NCBI GenBank assembly: GCA_977016875.1 | Contig: CDRNST010000095.1 | Span: 62,001-126,000, forward strand | Source: Pavona decussata | Taxonomy: Eukaryota | Direction: 5' to 3' | DNA length: 64,000 nucleotides | Shown here: piece after piece, positions 59,331 to 64,000 of the stretch | How positions within the stretch are numbered: the first letter of the stretch is position 1 | Layout of the letters: every line of letters begins with the position of its first letter | Position numbers and translations under genes: made by a program | Notes under the pieces: generated by a model | Database searches by the model: none | Seen by the model: the letters and a program-made list of their open reading frames with translations, nothing else | Told to the model about the DNA's origin: nothing

Positions 59331-62300
59331 CAAAACGAACAAACATGGCGGCAGCTTGGCGTTCAGCTGCTCAAGGCCGGCAGTTATTCTTCTTTTCCTT
59401 GTCCACCTTAACCACTTCGGCCGAAATTTCTGCATTTAAACCAAACGAAAAGTTGTTCCGTCTTCTCGGATCTTCCTGGTGCTGGGATCTTTGATCTCCC
59501 TTCAAGTAAACACCCCCTAATTTCTTTCGTCCTCGGATTCCGGGGCGCTATCTCGTTAAAATTGCCAAAAAAAAAAAAACCCCTCAGGTAGCATGTTTGT
59601 AAATCCAGCAACTGCTCGTAAATTCTGAAAATAAGATTCCTAAAACGTTCTGCAGCTTAAATTTTTAGATTAAGCAACCGAGCAGATCAAACTTTGTTAG
59701 CTTATATACAATATGCCTTTTCTGCACAAAATGACCTGGCAACGCAAGAGACAACATTTCGTTGAGTGCCCCTAGGTCAGTTTGGTTTCAATAAAAAGAG
59801 TCTTTAAACTTTTGAAAGTTATACTAAAACAGTTCAAGTACATAGTTTACTTTGATCAGCTATTTTTTATATATTGGTATCAGCCTGTGCGTGGCATTCA
59901 CAAACTCTCCTTTTTCATTTCTGAAAGAGAAAAAGAAATTAATACAGTGTAAATAAAATTCTAAAGTTGACCTTTATGGTAAATATTGACAATGCACGCA
60001 GTAATTAAATGTATTTGGGGTTGGTTTTGTAAAAAAAGATCGCTTTTGATATGTATTTCAGTTCCATAGTTTTTTTTGCGACGTTTTGCTTAAAGTTTTG
60101 AGCACGTTTTCCGGAAAAGCACTAGCATTATTCCCAGCCTGTTCATTGCGTAAAAAAAAATATATGTATTCACCAGTGGTTGTTTGCATATTTTCTTTGT
60201 AAATCTTGTTCTCGATTGAGCAAACTAACACACATTTTTCCAATCGCAAGTACACAAAAGCCAACCAGGATTTAAATATCAATTTCATAGCAGCAAAATT
60301 GCTTTTCCTATTATTCAATCAGTATCTTTACTTGTTAAATGAAATATAAAGAGAGAAAACCGGATTGGTCTACTAAGATACAATCAGATTAACCAAACTA
60401 ATTAAACCAGCAAATTTGCTTTACTAAAGTTTTCAAAAGACAAAGATGTTCCATCATTATGATTTGGAAGAGACTATTAAATAGAAAAGTGCGAGACACC
60501 AGAAGCATTGAATAGAATATTATAAACGTCAATCTGAGTCAAATGTAAGAACGAAAAATATATATATTTTAACACAGATTTACAATTTTTAGTCCTATTT
60601 CAAGTCCCTTAATATCTCTCGTACAATTACTTACTGTTAATAGCGCTCTACTTGATAGATATTTTTATTTAATAACATGATTGTAATAATACTGAAGTCA
60701 CAAAGGCTAACATTAAGTGTTATTCCTTGGTGAGAACTTGAAAATCTTAATAGAGCGACCGGCTTTTAATGAATTCATTGTTCTGTTGTTTAAAAACGGA
60801 GATTGTAATATCTTTATTGCAGCAATCTTAGTGATATTTTTACGGGTCAATTTCTATTGTTTTCCCCACAAAACACCAAATTTTAGCAGAAAAAGTCAAC
60901 GATAATTGTATCGTTGTGCCATTATAAGTGTGAAGTCGAATTTATATCTGCGTGAAAAATATAAATTCTGTGTGGAAGGAAAAAATTAATCAGTGTTGAA
61001 CTTCCAGGACCGAAATTATAGGCTCTCGATGCTTGTTTTACCACTCAGAACACAAGTGAATTTAATTCACTGGACACAAGCCTTATTATTTGCAAGCTTG
61101 TTTTTGTTTTGTAAGCCTATTAACTGTTGGCACTCCAGCGCAGTGTTGGAGAAGAGCTTTTATTCCTTCAAACACAAGACACGCGGATCCGCTTTATAAG
61201 TTCCTGATCGCTTTTGTCATGCAGATGAACTTTAGAATTGTTCGCGGGCAATTTTTGTGTTTTCTGAATTTTAATTTTCTGTTCACCAACCGTTGAATTC
61301 GTTACCGAACAATTTCGAATATTTCGCAAAGTGATAAGGGAACAGCTTTTCCTGCTTTCAAGCAAAACTTGCCAGACTGTTTTTCGCCGAAATACAAACA
61401 GATCGACTTTTAGAACAATCAACTTGAAATCCTTGAACCGCATCGATCGAGTTATTACAAGGTTAACGAGTTTAAGAGGAGTTAAACAAATCTTTAAACC
61501 ACGACACGTTTCTTGTAAAACTATACTTAGCAGCGAAGACCGTTTGTGATTTGATGGACTGTATTAAACCTGGCTACTCACTTAAAAAAGAGAAAGAAAA
61601 AACGACTTCTCAGTTAAATATGTCTGAGAGTCTTTGTTGATCAAGACATGAATTGATGAAATAAAACTAATTAGTTATGACAAGCTTGCATTGTAATCGC
61701 TAACAACGTCACGCAGAATTTTTGAAGCATTTTTCGAATGTTCTTAACCCCCAAAGATGGCAAATTAAACATTCTAAAATTTACAAAACGCTCCGAATAA
61801 CCAATGCATGACAATTTTAACCGTATAAGCCACACTTCTTTGTTTTCAAGGTCTTCGCTTTCTTGGTCATTGTTTACAAGGTCTCCGTTTTAAGGATATT
61901 AAATCTTTCAGGTCTTCGTTTTCTAGTTACCGTAAGCCAACCATTACAGGTGTAAAATGAGCCATTCTTTGGCATTATTATCAAGAACAATAAGTGTCGA
62001 CCTTTGCAATAAAACTACTTTATAACGAAAAATTGATTTCACTTCAAACTCTCTTAAAATAACATAACTTAATTCTTAGCAAAGGAACCTGGAATAGCGT
62101 ACATAGACGACTAAAATCTGCATGGAGTTGTGTTAGAAGTAGCGTCAGAAAATTAAATAACAAACTAATAAAACACGTGCATCCTTATTTTATAGAACGC
62201 GCGACAAGCCGATAAAAACTGAAATATTCTCGAATTGTTTAAATTAAGAAGTTTGTAGATAAAAGTTGAATTCTAGTTTGGTCTTAGATGAATCCGAAAT

Positions 62301-64000
62301 TCCGTAGATTATCAGAGGATTCGTTCTTTTCTAGTCCTCTAGGAAAGAAAGATAACAACTTTCTGAGAAACAATGTGCGCTGCTTTCCTGAACTCCGGAA
62401 AGAACAAGGCATTTGCGTTTTCAGTTATTTCTCAGGCTCATTAATTAACCGAAAAAGGGCACACGGCTTGTCGCCTTTGGAGGGCTTAGAACTGGCTGAG
62501 CGAAAGTTAAAAAGCATCACATATGCCCAAACATTCCGCGCGTCGAGCCTAGAAACTAGACATTGTGCTCCAGACAAAAGCACAGCATCGCCTTGGCTGA
62601 AACTGTTAGAAACAAGAATTGTAAATGACACTAGCTTACTTTTGAACACGAAAGAGTAAGACTCATTTGTATCTTTCCTAAATGAACATCTTCCAGCAAC
62701 ATATAAGGTGTGTTAGTTAATTTTATTTAGCTTTGTATGAAATGATTCCTCGTTAGTAAAGCTAATTTTTCACCAACCACTTTAGCTGTGCATCGTCTGT
62801 GGAGTAAACGACACCACCTATTGGGCAGTTCTAATTACTTCTTATTTCAAAACTTAGTCCGTTTGTAGTTCCCACGGCTAGCAGAATTTTCTCAAGCTCC
62901 CACGGCTCAGTAATAAATGAACAAGTTGGCTTAAGAAGTAGGCTTGAAGCCAAAAAAGCGAAGGCCATAAATCTTCTTAATTAAGCGCGGTAAAGGGCAA
63001 CACGTGTTTTCATAATGTTGGTTCCATCCCCCTGAAAAGGGGTTCTTTACTCGAATTATTGCGCCTTCCAGCGGCATCTATGAACAATTTTCCAGAGTGT
63101 GGAAAAATCCACGGCATTTCAAGTCTATGTTTTTAAAATATTCTGCTCAGAGAAGTGCTCTAAATTTTACAGAAGTCTAATGGATCTTGTTATATCATAA
63201 TCCTTTTACTCGCCATTCAAAACGGCTTTGGAATAATTATTTGAAAATTATCTTGTTTTCTCGCAATATTTTCCTTCACCACCTTACAATCCATTCAATA
63301 AAAATTAATTGCACTCAATGCTCTGCGAAACCTTATTACCTTTTCCATTGAAATTGGCGACCGTACGGCACAGGTGTCTTTTTCAAGGCTAATATTTAAT
63401 TTTTCCGCAACAATGAAAGAGAAATTCTTTGGGTGCACGAGGGTCGAAATATTTAAGTGTAGTTTTGGTCTCCTGTTTTGCAGTTGTCCGTTTGTGTTGT
63501 CAAAGGTTTTAATAACTTCTCGGGCTTTGTGTCAATAGTTCCAACGGCATTTAATAACAAGCCGTAAACAAACATGGAGCAGGTCGACACATCCATTGCC
63601 GAAACGGGCTTCGCACAAGCAAAGGTTTTCAGATCTTAATTAGTTATAGCAGGTAAGCAGGTAGTTTGCGTATCGCAAGAGTGTATCTTTTTCTTTTGCT
63701 CAATGCTGTTTACTTAAAGGAACATTAAGGTCGCAACGTTTCCTCTTTAATGAAGTTCTTATCAGCTTTTTCAATGTTTACTAGTGCAATAAAGCGGCTT
63801 CGCTTCTTCTATTCTTGTTTGCCTTTTATCTTAATCATATAGGGACATTTCCGGCGTTCGTCTCAATGCTCTGTTCTATTCTCTTACGTGGGGGCACATC
63901 TAGAAACACGAATCAAGACCTTAGAACTTGGAAAGCAACTATAATTAAGGAAAGGTGATGGAAAGAACTTGTTTAAGTTTGTTTTCACACGTAACATATC

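Noticed and set aside
62288-62659. 123-aa ORF
   Set aside because: No recognisable motif or supporting exons.

Overview
Eukaryotic, AT-rich, intron-containing and repeat-rich DNA. The SINE/MITE repertoire suggests a cnidarian, probably a stony coral (inference). Three spliced protein-coding genes can be built by hand with GT-AG sites and consistent phases: (1) the 5' part of MLLT10/AF10 (minus strand, 7 exons, 11466 to <1); (2) RBM45 (plus strand, 2 coding exons, 13061-16866, 493 aa), head-to-head with MLLT10; (3) a 585-aa type II membrane lectin with TM, stalk, LamG-like domain, EPN/WND C-type lectin domain and acidic Ser-Gly tail (minus strand, 5 exons, 39425-25934). The most striking unexplained signal is a sense-strand-only array of 17 GGAC(A/U) motifs just after the RBM45 stop codon. 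These match both the m6A DRACH consensus and the GAC motif RBM45 itself binds, which suggests an autoregulatory or m6A-sensing 3'UTR element. Intron 1 of the lectin gene holds a 2.7-kb TTAA-flanked Kolobok-type transposon relic carrying a decayed P2X7-ballast-like gene and a THAP remnant. The rest is nested MITEs, SINEs, LINE 3' fragments, tRNA-like repeats and Penelope-like remnants, plus a 270-N assembly gap. No gene was recognised between about 39.6 and 64 kb.
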